64,000 nt of DNA. Source: a virus. The notes beneath the pieces are model-generated. The model had not been told where the DNA came from. It made no database searches and was given only the letters and a program-made list of their open reading frames with translations. The stretch is from positions 6,803 to 70,802 of the IMG/VR virus record IMGVR_UViG_3300044645_002754; one strand, written 5' to 3'. Shown in pieces: positions 1 to 9,655 of the stretch. Both the position numbers and the translations under genes were made by a program. How positions within the stretch are numbered: position 1 is the first letter of the stretch; every line of letters begins with the position of its first letter.

Positions 1-1507
1 CACTGGCAAAACCAATCGCCGCAATGTTCAGTGCTTGCCTCCCAATGTCAAATGTGGTGGGCGCTGCATCCCTCCGAACTGGGATTGCCGTCTCAAAGGG
101 CAGGGCACCAATTCAGAACTCCGTGTTCACAGCTTTGACCCTCTGAAGGGTGCCGCCTCTGTCCAACGCGGCCTGACCGAAGTTCGTCGTGGTGTGTTGC
201 AGGGCAATCCAGCCCGAGTTCAGCGAGGCCGTGGCGCCATCGAGCGCGGTGTCGTAAAGCTCGTGCCCGGCAACAATCTGGAGCAGAAAAAACAGTTGCG
301 CCAAAACCTGGAAAAGCATGGTGCTGCGATTGGCGCTGTGCTCGGTGTCGCAAGCCTTGGCTACGCCTTCCGAAAAGGCATCAACAACCCCACGTTCCTG
401 CGCACCACGTTTGGCCGAAACGTCAAAACCGCCATTGACGATGGCGTCGAGCGCGTTTTGGGCGCCGTTCCCATCCTCGGTCCTCGCCGCCAAGCAGTTC
501 AAGCTGCGGCCTCGGGTTTCCGCGATCAAAACGCCTTCCAGATTGCGCGTTCCACCAACTGGGGACCGACTTCTCAGGTCGAGCGGCTTCGAGATCTCAA
601 CCCCGCAGGGCTGGCGGATACACCCCTGACCTCAACGCACCGCAATGCCCACAGCGCCCTTTCGAGCGCGCTCAACACCGTCAACAACAGCCCTTCCAAT
701 AACCACGCTGAGTGGGCAGCACGACATCGCGCTGCTTTCTGGAATGCCAATGTCGGCCGGAACAAGGAAAACGTCTTCGCTGAAGCCTCAGCTCAGAGCT
801 TTCTCCAGCGTCAGTTCAGTTTTTCGACTGCCGATGCCAAGGACACGTCCTCGATCAAAAGGGCGCTAACGAATTACTTCACCGAGGAGAAGCAGAGCCT
901 GACCGCTCTGGCCAAACAACAGGGCTTCGGGATTGGTAAAAAGGCCCTGACCGATGACGAAATCACTGATTTCACAACGCGCCTGGCTCGGGCAGGTGGC
1001 TATGGCACTCAAATGACCGAGGACGTGCAGAAACACCTGAGCGCCGTCATGAAAAGTACGCCCAAGGGCACCACTGATCGGCTCTACAGCGCCACCGTCA
1101 AAGGCTTTGACTCCTATTACAAGGAGCTTGGAAGTATTTTCTCCAACAGTGCTGGTGCTCCCACCATCACCAAAGAGCAGCGAGCTGCTGGGCTTAGTGA
1201 GCTGATCAAAACTGCCGATACCGTTCGTGGACGCTACCTCTCCAATCAACTGGGCCTCGGCGCCCGCATCGCTGGCGAGGGGCATAGCGAACTGATCAGC
1301 AGCGCTTTCTACGCCACCCGTGTTGTCGGCACGCGGGGCAGCACCTACTCCGTAACCGACCGCCTCGCAACTCAGGCGGCCACTGAGTTGACTGGACGCC
1401 GCATCGGTCCTGCCGAAGCGTTCGAGGTGCTCCGCACCGAGTTCGGCTTCACCGGCATTCGTCGTGCTCGGGGCAGCAGCGCAGGGCGCAATCGTGGACG
1501 TCGTTGA
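1..1507 (+). CDS. Hypothetical head-region protein with a CGxxCIxxxxxC motif (5'-truncated by the window edge)
   Basis: Frame is open from the window edge; KCGGRCIPPNWDCR motif followed by a long variable region with a hydrophobic segment. Confidence 0.7.
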   Translation, partial: TGKTNRRNVQCLPPNVKCGGRCIPPNWDCRLKGQGTNSELRVHSFDPLKGAASVQRGLTEVRRGVLQGNPARVQRGRGAIERGVVKLVPGNNLEQKKQLRQNLEKHGAAIGAVLGVASLGYAFRKGINNPTFLRTTFGRNVKTAIDDGVERVLGAVPILGPRRQAVQAAASGFRDQNAFQIARSTNWGPTSQVERLRDLNPAGLADTPLTSTHRNAHSALSSALNTVNNSPSNNHAEWAARHRAAFWNANVGRNKENVFAEASAQSFLQRQFSFSTADAKDTSSIKRALTNYFTEEKQSLTALAKQQGFGIGKKALTDDEITDFTTRLARAGGYGTQMTEDVQKHLSAVMKSTPKGTTDRLYSATVKGFDSYYKELGSIFSNSAGAPTITKEQRAAGLSELIKTADTVRGRYLSNQLGLGARIAGEGHSELISSAFYATRVVGTRGSTYSVTDRLATQAATELTGRRIGPAEAFEVLRTEFGFTGIRRARGSSAGRNRGRR

Positions 1508-2363
1508 GCGCTACAACCAGGCCCTGCGCACAGCCGAGGACGGCACGCTGCGCCTGCTCAACCGCGTCCTCGACACCAGCTTCAACAACCTCGTCCGCCG
1601 CGCTTGCATCCACATGCGTACCGGAGCCGCTGACCCCACGCAGCGCAACCTGGCCCTTCTCCAAGAGTTCCGGCAACTGGTCCCGGCCTACCGCCCCGAC
1701 CGCGTCGACGCCTACGACCGGATCTTCCGCAACCTTGTCCAAACAGCGAGCCGCTACGGCCTGACCGTCGCCGACGAGCTCACCGGCCTGGTGCAAACCG
1801 GCCCCCGCGTCGACGCAACCATCCCCATCGAAGCCGCCTTCGCCTCCGCCGCCCAGGCCCGGGGCTTCCTACGCAAACACGGTGAGACCTTCGCCAGCAG
1901 CGCTGCCGAGATCGTCACCCAGGGCATCGTCGAAGGCCGCGCTACCGACGCCATCGTCCACGACATGCGCTCTCGCCTCGGCGTTGTGAAATCCCGCGCC
2001 GACGTCATCGTCCGCACCGAAAGCCTGCGGGCCTACAACGACGCCTCCAACACGTACTACGCCGCCCAGGGCATCGATCTGGTGATGTACTACGCCACGG
2101 CGGATGACCGCAGCTGCGCCTATTGCGCCCCGAGAGCGGGCCAGATCTATCGCCGCCCAGAGATCCGCGTCCCCCTGCACCCGCGCTGCCGCTGTTACCT
2201 CGCCCCTTGGACAAACGAGGCCGACAGCCTCGACCCGGACTACGCAGCTATGCAGAAATCGCATCAGCGCGATGTAGCCCGTGCTTTGGAAGCAACGCGC
2301 ATCGAGCCTGTTGCCCTGAACAAGGCCGCCGTCTTCGAGCAGATCGCGCCGGTTCCGCTCTAA
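1494..2363 (+). CDS. Head morphogenesis / minor capsid protein (SPP1 gp7 / Mu F-like)
   Basis: RADVIVRTE, DDRSCAYCAPRAG and PLHPRCRC motifs; GTG at 1494 is the likely start. Confidence 0.9.
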   Translation: MDVVERYNQALRTAEDGTLRLLNRVLDTSFNNLVRRACIHMRTGAADPTQRNLALLQEFRQLVPAYRPDRVDAYDRIFRNLVQTASRYGLTVADELTGLVQTGPRVDATIPIEAAFASAAQARGFLRKHGETFASSAAEIVTQGIVEGRATDAIVHDMRSRLGVVKSRADVIVRTESLRAYNDASNTYYAAQGIDLVMYYATADDRSCAYCAPRAGQIYRRPEIRVPLHPRCRCYLAPWTNEADSLDPDYAAMQKSHQRDVARALEATRIEPVALNKAAVFEQIAPVPL

Positions 2364-2415
2364 CGGCCCTCCATAGCCTGGCTTATACAGCCTGGGCGGA
2401 CGCGCCCTGCTCGCT

Positions 2416-3405
2416 ATGCCTGCCACCAAGAAGTCCGCCGCCTACGAAAAGGGTCTGCGCGAAGGCCGCGCCGACAAGAGCAAGCCCTCCATCGAGATCG
2501 AAATCAACCCCGAGGGCGAAGAGGAAGAGGAGATGGGCACCGAAGAGATGGACGGCGCCAAGCCTCACTCCCGCAAGCGCAGTGCCAAAGGCGCGAAGAA
2601 CACCAAAGCCCCGATGGATGCCGAGTGCGGATGCATGGGCAAGGGCCGTAAGGGCAAAGCCTCCTGCGACGGCAGCTGCGGCAAGTCCATGAAGGACGGC
2701 AGCTACGCCAAAAAGATGGACTGCAACGATGCCCTGAGCCCGCAGGAGTACCTCGCGGCCTGCGATCTTGGCATCCAGCACCGCTCCCGCGCCTACATCC
2801 GTTCTCGGCTCGACGCCGCTGAGCGCCTGGACCTCAAGTGCGGTGCCGGCTCGATCTCCGAGGGCGAAAAATGCACCAAGGGCACGGCGCAGAAAGCTCA
2901 AGCACCTCAAGGTAAAGGTGGCCGCGTCCGTGGCGCGCTTGAGAATGCAGCAATCATCGCCGGCGGTGCTGGCACTGCATTCAGCTACGGACAAGTGGCA
3001 GTCAATGCACTGCGTGGGAACTTTGCCGGGGCCTCTAAAGCCCTGCAACGCGAAGGTGCATTTGCGTCTTTAGCCGGTGCGGGTATTGCGGCAAAAGGAG
3101 CACGAACCAAAAACAAGGTGCTTCAACAAGAAGGACTGAAGACAATCGGAGCTGGAGCAACAGCTATAGGAGCCGGTCATCTGCTTGGGGGTGGCTACAC
3201 CAAAGGACTCAGCGTCCCTAAACCATCGACCGCAGGACTTAAACGGGGAGTCTCAAATTTGGTAGGTCGCGCCGCCGCTGCCAAGAGCAACGTCACCTAT
3301 CGCACAGCCAAATCACAGTTCGAGCGGATGTACAACCGCCCCGGCCGCCGCGACTCGGTCTACGCCGCCGGCTTCTCCCCCGAGCTCGACCAACTCGCCA
3401 TCTGA
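2416..3405 (+). CDS. Hypothetical head-region protein (Cys motif, RxD motifs)
   Basis: 329-aa ORF with phage codon bias; RLDLKCGAGSISEGEKC motif; lower-GC internal segment about 2880-3300. Confidence 0.75.
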   Translation: MPATKKSAAYEKGLREGRADKSKPSIEIEINPEGEEEEEMGTEEMDGAKPHSRKRSAKGAKNTKAPMDAECGCMGKGRKGKASCDGSCGKSMKDGSYAKKMDCNDALSPQEYLAACDLGIQHRSRAYIRSRLDAAERLDLKCGAGSISEGEKCTKGTAQKAQAPQGKGGRVRGALENAAIIAGGAGTAFSYGQVAVNALRGNFAGASKALQREGAFASLAGAGIAAKGARTKNKVLQQEGLKTIGAGATAIGAGHLLGGGYTKGLSVPKPSTAGLKRGVSNLVGRAAAAKSNVTYRTAKSQFERMYNRPGRRDSVYAAGFSPELDQLAI

Positions 3406-3408
3406 GCC

Positions 3409-4263
3409 ATGGCCCTGACTCCGGCCACCGTCCGCATCGACGCCTGCTGGAAGGGCTACGTCCAGGTCGGGATGAAGCGCAAGGGCAAGCGTGAGGTGCC
3501 CAACTGCGTTCCCGCCTCCTCGGGCGTAGCCAAGCCCCGCGCTCAGAAGGACACCGAGGACGACAAGAAGTACACCAAGGTCGTCACCAACCCCGAGACC
3601 GGCCGCAAGAACAAGGTCCGCTATGGCGCCAAGGGCTACCGCATCGCTCCTGGCACTGACAAAGGCGACCGCTACTGCGCCCGCAGCTTCGGTGACATGA
3701 AATCCGAGGGCTACGACTGCTCCGGCGCTGAGAAGAACACCCCGCTCTGCTTGTCCCGGGCGAAGTGGAAGTGCTCCGGCAAGACCAGCCGCCGCGATGC
3801 CGATGGCCAAGCCTGCGGCCAGGGCCACATCGCCCGAGGCAAGACCTGCCACAAACGCGGCGCCTTCCCCACCGGTAAAGCCATCGCCGCTGGCCTGACC
3901 GCCGGTGCCGTTGCAGCCTTGACCTTCAAGGGCAGTCGCAAGGCGATCCTTGGTAGCCCCGCTGCACTTCGCCGCACAGCGCAACGCGCCGTCACCGAGG
4001 CCGTCCACAAAGCCACCGCCCCCGACCCCTCGATGCGCCTGACCCCCAAGGCGTTCAACGAGGCCAAGAAAGCTCTCAAGAACACCGGCATCCCCGGTGG
4101 CATCCGCCGGCACAACCTGACCCTTGAAGCGCTCCGCCGCAAACACGAGCCCGGCTACCGCAAGCCTCGCTTCCCTGATCGGCGCGACAACTACATCCAC
4201 CAGTACGCCACGACCTACATCGATCCCGCCCGCCAACGCCCATTCGGAACACCGCTGGGCTGA
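3409..4263 (+). CDS. Hypothetical head-region protein (CWKGY...VPNCVP, RYCARS and CGQGHIxxxKTC modules)
   Basis: 284-aa ORF made of short Cys-containing modules seen in phage head-associated proteins. Confidence 0.75.
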   Translation: MALTPATVRIDACWKGYVQVGMKRKGKREVPNCVPASSGVAKPRAQKDTEDDKKYTKVVTNPETGRKNKVRYGAKGYRIAPGTDKGDRYCARSFGDMKSEGYDCSGAEKNTPLCLSRAKWKCSGKTSRRDADGQACGQGHIARGKTCHKRGAFPTGKAIAAGLTAGAVAALTFKGSRKAILGSPAALRRTAQRAVTEAVHKATAPDPSMRLTPKAFNEAKKALKNTGIPGGIRRHNLTLEALRRKHEPGYRKPRFPDRRDNYIHQYATTYIDPARQRPFGTPLG

Positions 4264-4273
4264 CCTCCACACA

Positions 4274-4477
4274 ATGAGCTCAGTTCCCCGAGCTCGTGTG
4301 CAGGACAGCGACGTGAAACCGGCCCGACCACCCGAGCACGCCTACACCCGCATCTGGTTCTGGAACCTCGCCGGGGCCCAAACCCTGCTCTGCCCCGTCC
4401 ACGAGGCCGCTGACATCCGCCAACGCCTCCTCTCCGAGGGCGCCATCGTTTGGCACACCGAGGTCTACAACGCCTAG
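4274..4477 (+). CDS. Small hypothetical protein
   Basis: ATG 4274 follows the previous stop; C-rich codon bias. Confidence 0.55.
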   Translation: MSSVPRARVQDSDVKPARPPEHAYTRIWFWNLAGAQTLLCPVHEAADIRQRLLSEGAIVWHTEVYNA

Positions 4478-4689
4478 ATCCCCTCGATCAATTTGTGGAG
4501 CGAAATGCCATAAAGCTCGCTTAAAACGAACAGCTTTGTAAGTGAGATCTCAACTTCTCCCTTTTCCAAGCGGCTATAGGCAGCTTGACTGACACAAAGC
4601 GCTTCTGCAGCCTGCATCTGTGTCAGTCCAGCATGCACCCTTAAGCCTTTAATGCGACGACACATCGCCAACTGCCTGTGGATGGCCAC
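4474..4689 (-). CDS. XRE-family helix-turn-helix protein
   Basis: IKGLRVHAGLTQMQAAEALCVSQAAYSRLEKG is a classic HTH_3 pattern. Confidence 0.85.
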   Translation of the reverse strand: MAIHRQLAMCRRIKGLRVHAGLTQMQAAEALCVSQAAYSRLEKGEVEISLTKLFVLSELYGISLHKLIEGI

Positions 4690-4751
4690 AGAGATCTACT
4701 CGCTCACCGTTTAAGGCTACTCATTACAAACAGGACCCGTAATGTGGTCCC

Positions 4752-6056
4752 ATGGAAACATCTGTTTCTCGCTACGACTTCGCACCCATTACGGGAAGCG
4801 AAACCACCGAGGAGGGTTACCTCCGCGTTTGGTGTCGTGCAGCGCGCACGGGCACGCAGCTCTATCGGCGTGCAGATGGATCCCAAGTCCGGGAATATCG
4901 CCCCCCTGAGGAGGTGAGCAGCCCTGACTCGCTCTCCACGTTCGGCATGAAACCCGCAACGTGGGGTCACCCGCCCGTTCTTCTCGACGCCGCGAACACC
5001 AAGCAGTACCAAATCGGCTACTCCGGTAGCCAAGTCCGGTACAACGACGGTTTCGTGGAGGTCGCCCTCGTCGTCACCGACCAGGACGCCATCGAAAAGA
5101 TCAAGCGCAAAGACGCCACCGAGGTGTCTGCTGGCTACAAGGTCGATTTCGACCCCACCCCCGGTCTCACCCCCGAGGGCGAGGAGTACGCCGGCATCCA
5201 GCGCAACATCCGGGTGAACCACATCGCCATCGTCCCCCGCGGCCGGGCTGGCCCGGAGGTACGTCTCCTTCTGGATCGCATGGATGCGGCTGACGCCGTG
5301 GCCTTCGACTCAGATCTGGCCCGAATTCCCGGGTCGGCGCTCCAGCCCTGTACACATGAATCTCCCGTTATGGCCACCGTCAAACTTGACGGCCTGGAGA
5401 TCGATCTGCCCGCAGAAGCAGCAACGGCGGTCCAGTCCTTCGCACGGGACATGGAGCGCCAACTCAAAGCTGTTACTGCCGAGCGCGACGAGCTGAACTC
5501 CAAGCTCGACTCGCTCCAGGGCGACCTCGACTCCATCGCCTACGAAAAAGAAGCCGCCGAAGGCCGGGCCGACGCTCTCGAAGAGCGCATGGCTGAGCTG
5601 GAGAGCGGCTCTCCCCGCATCGACACCGCCGAGCTCGACCAACTCGTCGCCGCTCGTCTGTCGACCCTGCAAAAGCTGGCCCCCGCCTTCGCCGAGGACT
5701 TCAAGTTCGACGGCATCGACGACGCCAGCCTCTACACCCAAGCCTTCGAGAACCTCACCGGCAACGCGCCGCGTGAGGACGCTGAACCCGCCTACATCCA
5801 AGGCGTGGTGGACGGCATCCTTGCCGCCCGCTCCGACGAGGACGGCGAAGAAGGCGAGGGTGAAGAGGCAGAAGCCGGCGAAGAAGCTCCCGAGGCTGAA
5901 GGCGACGAGCCCGAAACCAAGGAAGACCGCGCCGACAGCACCGCTTCCCTCCGGGACGCCCTGAAAGGCGCCGGCCGTGGCACCGCCTCCCCGGTAGACA
6001 CCTACCGCTCGCGGATGGCGGATGCCTGGAAGCGTCCCCTCACCGCCACCAAGTAA
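4752..6056 (+). CDS. DUF2213-type prohead protease fused to a scaffold
   Basis: TEEGYL..ARTGTQLY, EVSAGY and NHIAIVPRGRAGPEVRL motifs; coiled-coil acidic C-terminal half; upstream of capsid genes. Confidence 0.88.
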   Translation: METSVSRYDFAPITGSETTEEGYLRVWCRAARTGTQLYRRADGSQVREYRPPEEVSSPDSLSTFGMKPATWGHPPVLLDAANTKQYQIGYSGSQVRYNDGFVEVALVVTDQDAIEKIKRKDATEVSAGYKVDFDPTPGLTPEGEEYAGIQRNIRVNHIAIVPRGRAGPEVRLLLDRMDAADAVAFDSDLARIPGSALQPCTHESPVMATVKLDGLEIDLPAEAATAVQSFARDMERQLKAVTAERDELNSKLDSLQGDLDSIAYEKEAAEGRADALEERMAELESGSPRIDTAELDQLVAARLSTLQKLAPAFAEDFKFDGIDDASLYTQAFENLTGNAPREDAEPAYIQGVVDGILAARSDEDGEEGEGEEAEAGEEAPEAEGDEPETKEDRADSTASLRDALKGAGRGTASPVDTYRSRMADAWKRPLTATK

Positions 6057-6068
6057 GGAGCACCTTCC

Positions 6069-6683
6069 ATGGCCGTTACTTTCACCGCCACCACTGTCGC
6101 GAACCCCTCCGGGGCTCAAGGCAGCTACCCCCTCTCCCTGATCAAGGGTCACGAGGGCATGCTGGCTGACCTGCAGGCTTACGTCTGCCGCAGCTACCGC
6201 AACCAATCCGGCGCCGCCCTCCCCTACGGCGTTCTGGTTGCCACCGACAACACCCCCACCAGCAACGACCCCCTGGCCGTTGAGATCGCGACCGGCACCA
6301 CCCTGATCCAGGGCATGGCCGTCAGCTCTCAGGTCCTCGAGGGCGCCAGCCTCGGCTCCAGCTACACCCCGGTACCCACCCCGGTGTACAGCGACGGCCG
6401 CTACGGCTACCCCGACAAAGAGACCGTAAACGTGGTCTCCAAAGGTGTTGTGTGGGTGTACTCCACCGCCGCCATCGCCCTCGGTGATGCCGTGCGTTTC
6501 TTCAAAGCTGACCACAGCGGCACCGTCGCCGGCGCCTTCCTGGGTCGCTTCACCAAAACCGCCGTTGCCAACAAGACCGTCGAGATCACCGCAGGTGCTC
6601 GCTGGCTGTCTGAAACCTCGGCTGCCGGCCTGGTCCTGCTGGAGATTGACATCCCCGGCATGACCTACTCCGCCGACGCTTGA
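6069..6683 (+). CDS. Capsid decoration / minor capsid protein
   Basis: Lies between protease and major capsid gene; AAGGAG RBS; VNVVSKGVVWV motif. Confidence 0.75.
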   Translation: MAVTFTATTVANPSGAQGSYPLSLIKGHEGMLADLQAYVCRSYRNQSGAALPYGVLVATDNTPTSNDPLAVEIATGTTLIQGMAVSSQVLEGASLGSSYTPVPTPVYSDGRYGYPDKETVNVVSKGVVWVYSTAAIALGDAVRFFKADHSGTVAGAFLGRFTKTAVANKTVEITAGARWLSETSAAGLVLLEIDIPGMTYSADA

Positions 6684-6700
6684 TCACGGAGCTTCCTGCC

Positions 6701-7618
6701 ATGACCACTGAAATCCGTAACGACGAGGTCGGCGTTTTCCTCGCTCGCGAGCTGGAAACCATCCTTGCTCGCACCTTCGAGGTCGAGTACGCCGACATCA
6801 AGTACAGCCAGCTGATCCCCCTCTCCTCCGAGGTCGGGAACGGTGCTGACTCCTTCACCTATCGCGTCTTCGACAAGCAAGGCTCGATGAAGGTGATTGG
6901 TGACAAAGCCCAAGATCTGCCCCGCGCTGACGTGCTCCGCAAGGAAGTCACCCTGCCGGTTCGCAGCATCGGTGGCTCCTTCGCCTACACCATCCAGGAA
7001 ACCCGTGCCGCCGCCATGGTGCCCGGCATGAACCTGGAGCAGCGCCGTGCCAACGCCGTGCGCCGCGCCTACGAGGAGAAGGTGCAAGAGATCGCCTACT
7101 TCGGCGACTCCGCCTCCGGCATGAAGGGCTTCTTCAACAACGATCAGGTCGACAAGACCGTGCCGAACAAGTGGTTCGACACGGCTGGCGTGACCACCGA
7201 CGAAATGCTGGAGCTCCTGAACGAAGCGCCCACCCGCCTCGTGCAGAACTCCAACATGAAGGAGATGCCCAACACGATGCTGGTGCCCTACAACGTGTAC
7301 CGCATCATCTCCACCACCCCCCGTTCGACCACCTCGGACACCACGGTGATGGAGTTCTTCCTGCGCACCAACCCGATGATCAGCTCCATCGAGCCGATCA
7401 ACGAGCTGGAAGCCAGCAAGTCCAGCGGCGCCCTCTCCAAGGACCGCGTGGTGGTGTACGACCGCAGCCCCGACAAGCTGCAGCTGCACATCCCCCAGCC
7501 CCTGGAGTTCCTGCCTCCCCTCCGCCAAGCCCTCGAGTTCAGCGTGGCTGCCCACGCCCGAATCGGTGGCCTCGCGCTCTACTACCCCAAGAGCGCCATG
7601 GTGCTTGAAAAGGCGTAA
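6701..7618 (+). CDS. Major capsid protein (DUF2184-type, HK97 fold)
   Basis: FLARELETI, IAYFGD..GMKGFFN and RIGGLALYYP motifs; very strong codon bias. Confidence 0.9.
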   Translation: MTTEIRNDEVGVFLARELETILARTFEVEYADIKYSQLIPLSSEVGNGADSFTYRVFDKQGSMKVIGDKAQDLPRADVLRKEVTLPVRSIGGSFAYTIQETRAAAMVPGMNLEQRRANAVRRAYEEKVQEIAYFGDSASGMKGFFNNDQVDKTVPNKWFDTAGVTTDEMLELLNEAPTRLVQNSNMKEMPNTMLVPYNVYRIISTTPRSTTSDTTVMEFFLRTNPMISSIEPINELEASKSSGALSKDRVVVYDRSPDKLQLHIPQPLEFLPPLRQALEFSVAAHARIGGLALYYPKSAMVLEKA

Positions 7619-7675
7619 TCTTTGCGCCTTTTCCATCCCAGACAGAATGGGATGGCACATCATCTTCACCCAGTC

Positions 7676-8089
7676 ATGATCATCGTTTACCGCCCCGAGC
7701 TCGAAAACCCCCCGATGGACAAGGAGTGTTCCATCGGCTTCTCGTTCGTCGGTGGCGGCGGTCTCTCCGATCACATCCAGGTCAACTCAGGCGTCACCCG
7801 TGACTTCCCCGAGCACATCTGGAACCAGATCAAGGACTACGACGTGGTCAAAAACCTCCTCTCCCTCGGCGCCCTGCGCATCGAGACCGAGGAGCCGACG
7901 GAAACCAAAGCTGCTCCACGCGAAGCCAGCGACTCCATCGCCGACATGCCCATCACCCAGGCCATGAGCCTGATTGAGGACAGCTTCGACCTGGAGCAGC
8001 TCCGTCGGTGGGACGCCAAAGAGTCCCGCATCCGGGTGAAGAACGCGATTGCCAAGCGCATCAGCGCCATCACTGAAGGCAACGGCTAA
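7676..8089 (+). CDS. Hypothetical virion protein
   Basis: ORF after the major capsid gene, translationally coupled to the next gene. Confidence 0.7.
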   Translation: MIIVYRPELENPPMDKECSIGFSFVGGGGLSDHIQVNSGVTRDFPEHIWNQIKDYDVVKNLLSLGALRIETEEPTETKAAPREASDSIADMPITQAMSLIEDSFDLEQLRRWDAKESRIRVKNAIAKRISAITEGNG

Positions 8090-8397
8090 TGGCTGTCCCC
8101 TCCGCCAACGCATTTCTCCTCCGCTTCCCCGAGTTCGGCGAGCAATCGCTCTCGGTGATCGAAGGCGCGTTGGCCGAGGCCGGTCGCACCACTCCTGCGA
8201 CCACCTGGGGCACCACCCACACCGAGGCCGTCAGCTACCTGGCCGCCCACCTCTTGGCTTCACGCACCATCCAAATCGGCCTCCAAGTCGGCACTGCATC
8301 CGGCTCCCCCAGCGGGAGCCTGATCGAGTCGACCCTCTACGGCCAGGAGTACCAAAGGCTCCAAAACAGCCTTCCCCTCAGCGGTTTCGCCTGGTGA
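8089..8397 (+). CDS. Head-tail adaptor (DUF4054-like)
   Basis: FLLRFPEF, YLAAHLL and STLYGQEY motifs. Confidence 0.85.
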   Translation: MAVPSANAFLLRFPEFGEQSLSVIEGALAEAGRTTPATTWGTTHTEAVSYLAAHLLASRTIQIGLQVGTASGSPSGSLIESTLYGQEYQRLQNSLPLSGFAW

Positions 8398-8400
8398 GCC

Positions 8401-8799
8401 ATGGCCATCCCGGCATCCACCCTCGCCAACTACGCCCCCTGGGGTAACGCCCAGCTGGCCTTCGAAGTTGGCACGGGGTTTGCCACGACGGATCCCGCCA
8501 CCGGCAACGCCATCCAGACCACCGAGACCCTGGAGTACCTCGCCGCCTTCACCCTCCAAGCCCCCAGCTGGAAGCCCGAAAGCGGAGTCGACTCCACCAC
8601 CTACTCCTGCCGAGGCCGTCTACTGAGCCCCGCGATCCTCGATCCCCGCATCACCAACGGCTCCCAAGCCGACTGTGTGATCAACGGCTACCGAGGGCGC
8701 TTCGAGCTCATCTTCGACCTGGCGATGGACAGCGCCCACCGGCGTGACCTGCGCCAATCCATCGAAGGCACCTTCCGCGTTGTGGGGGGACCGACCTAA
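8401..8799 (+). CDS. Putative head closure protein
   Basis: Synteny and size. Confidence 0.55.
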   Translation: MAIPASTLANYAPWGNAQLAFEVGTGFATTDPATGNAIQTTETLEYLAAFTLQAPSWKPESGVDSTTYSCRGRLLSPAILDPRITNGSQADCVINGYRGRFELIFDLAMDSAHRRDLRQSIEGTFRVVGGPT

Positions 8800-9173
8800 T
8801 GGCCCGCCCCCAACCGCAACTCAGCCAAGCCCTCGAACTTGCCACCGCCCAAGCGGTCCGCGAGCTCGGCACCTGGCTCGACGCCCGCTTCTCCGAGGAG
8901 ATCTCCTCCGTGAAATGGGAGTACCCCACCCCGCCCCAAGTGCGGGACATCGTGGACACCGGCCGTCTCCGCGCCAGCCAGACGCGCACCGTCAACTCCG
9001 ACGGTTCCGTCACCTTCACCTGGCCGGTCGACTACGCCCAACAAGTCCACGAGGGCGGCGTATCCACCACCGGCATGCGCTTCCCGGGCCGCCCCTGGAC
9101 CAAAGCCCCCCTTGAGGGAGCCGCCTCCAAGTTCGGCCAACTGCTGCGCTCTGCCTTGGAGAAGCAGCAATGA
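8799..9173 (+). CDS. Neck / tail completion protein (HK97 gp10-like)
   Basis: IVDTGRLRASQ, YAQQVHEG and PGRPW motifs. Confidence 0.8.
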   Translation: MARPQPQLSQALELATAQAVRELGTWLDARFSEEISSVKWEYPTPPQVRDIVDTGRLRASQTRTVNSDGSVTFTWPVDYAQQVHEGGVSTTGMRFPGRPWTKAPLEGAASKFGQLLRSALEKQQ

Positions 9174-9643
9174 CGATCTCGACCCACTGCCCCCCGGTTA
9201 CTGCTCTTCGGAGCACCCTTGAGCGCCACATCCTCGATCTCTTCGAGGACGACGGCTCCACCCTCAAGGCGTACACCGCCTGGCCTGGGTACTACACGCT
9301 CCCCGATACCAGCCGCGTCCCTGCGGTCTACGTCGCCGGCGCCACGATGGTCCCCTCCAACTGGGCGATCACCGGCATCGAGTGCGTCATCGAGGACGTT
9401 CCCGAGATCACCAGCCCCGGCTCGATGAGCGGAGTCCTGTCCTTCGAGACCTGGACGGTCCGCTTCACGAACTACGGCACCAAGGAAGGCACCCGAATGC
9501 CGGTCTCGCTGCTGGACATCAGCCGCCGTCTGGCCCGCGCCTTCCCACGGGACCAAGTCACGTACATGGCCCGGACCGAGGTCACCTTCGAGGCCCTCAC
9601 GGCCCGCATCCGCGGAGCCGTTCTGAACCCCCCGATCCCTTAA
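9170..9643 (+). CDS. Putative tail terminator
   Basis: Directly before the tail tube gene; ATGA overlap. Confidence 0.55.
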   Translation: MTISTHCPPVTALRSTLERHILDLFEDDGSTLKAYTAWPGYYTLPDTSRVPAVYVAGATMVPSNWAITGIECVIEDVPEITSPGSMSGVLSFETWTVRFTNYGTKEGTRMPVSLLDISRRLARAFPRDQVTYMARTEVTFEALTARIRGAVLNPPIP

Positions 9644-9655
9644 GGAGTCACCACA

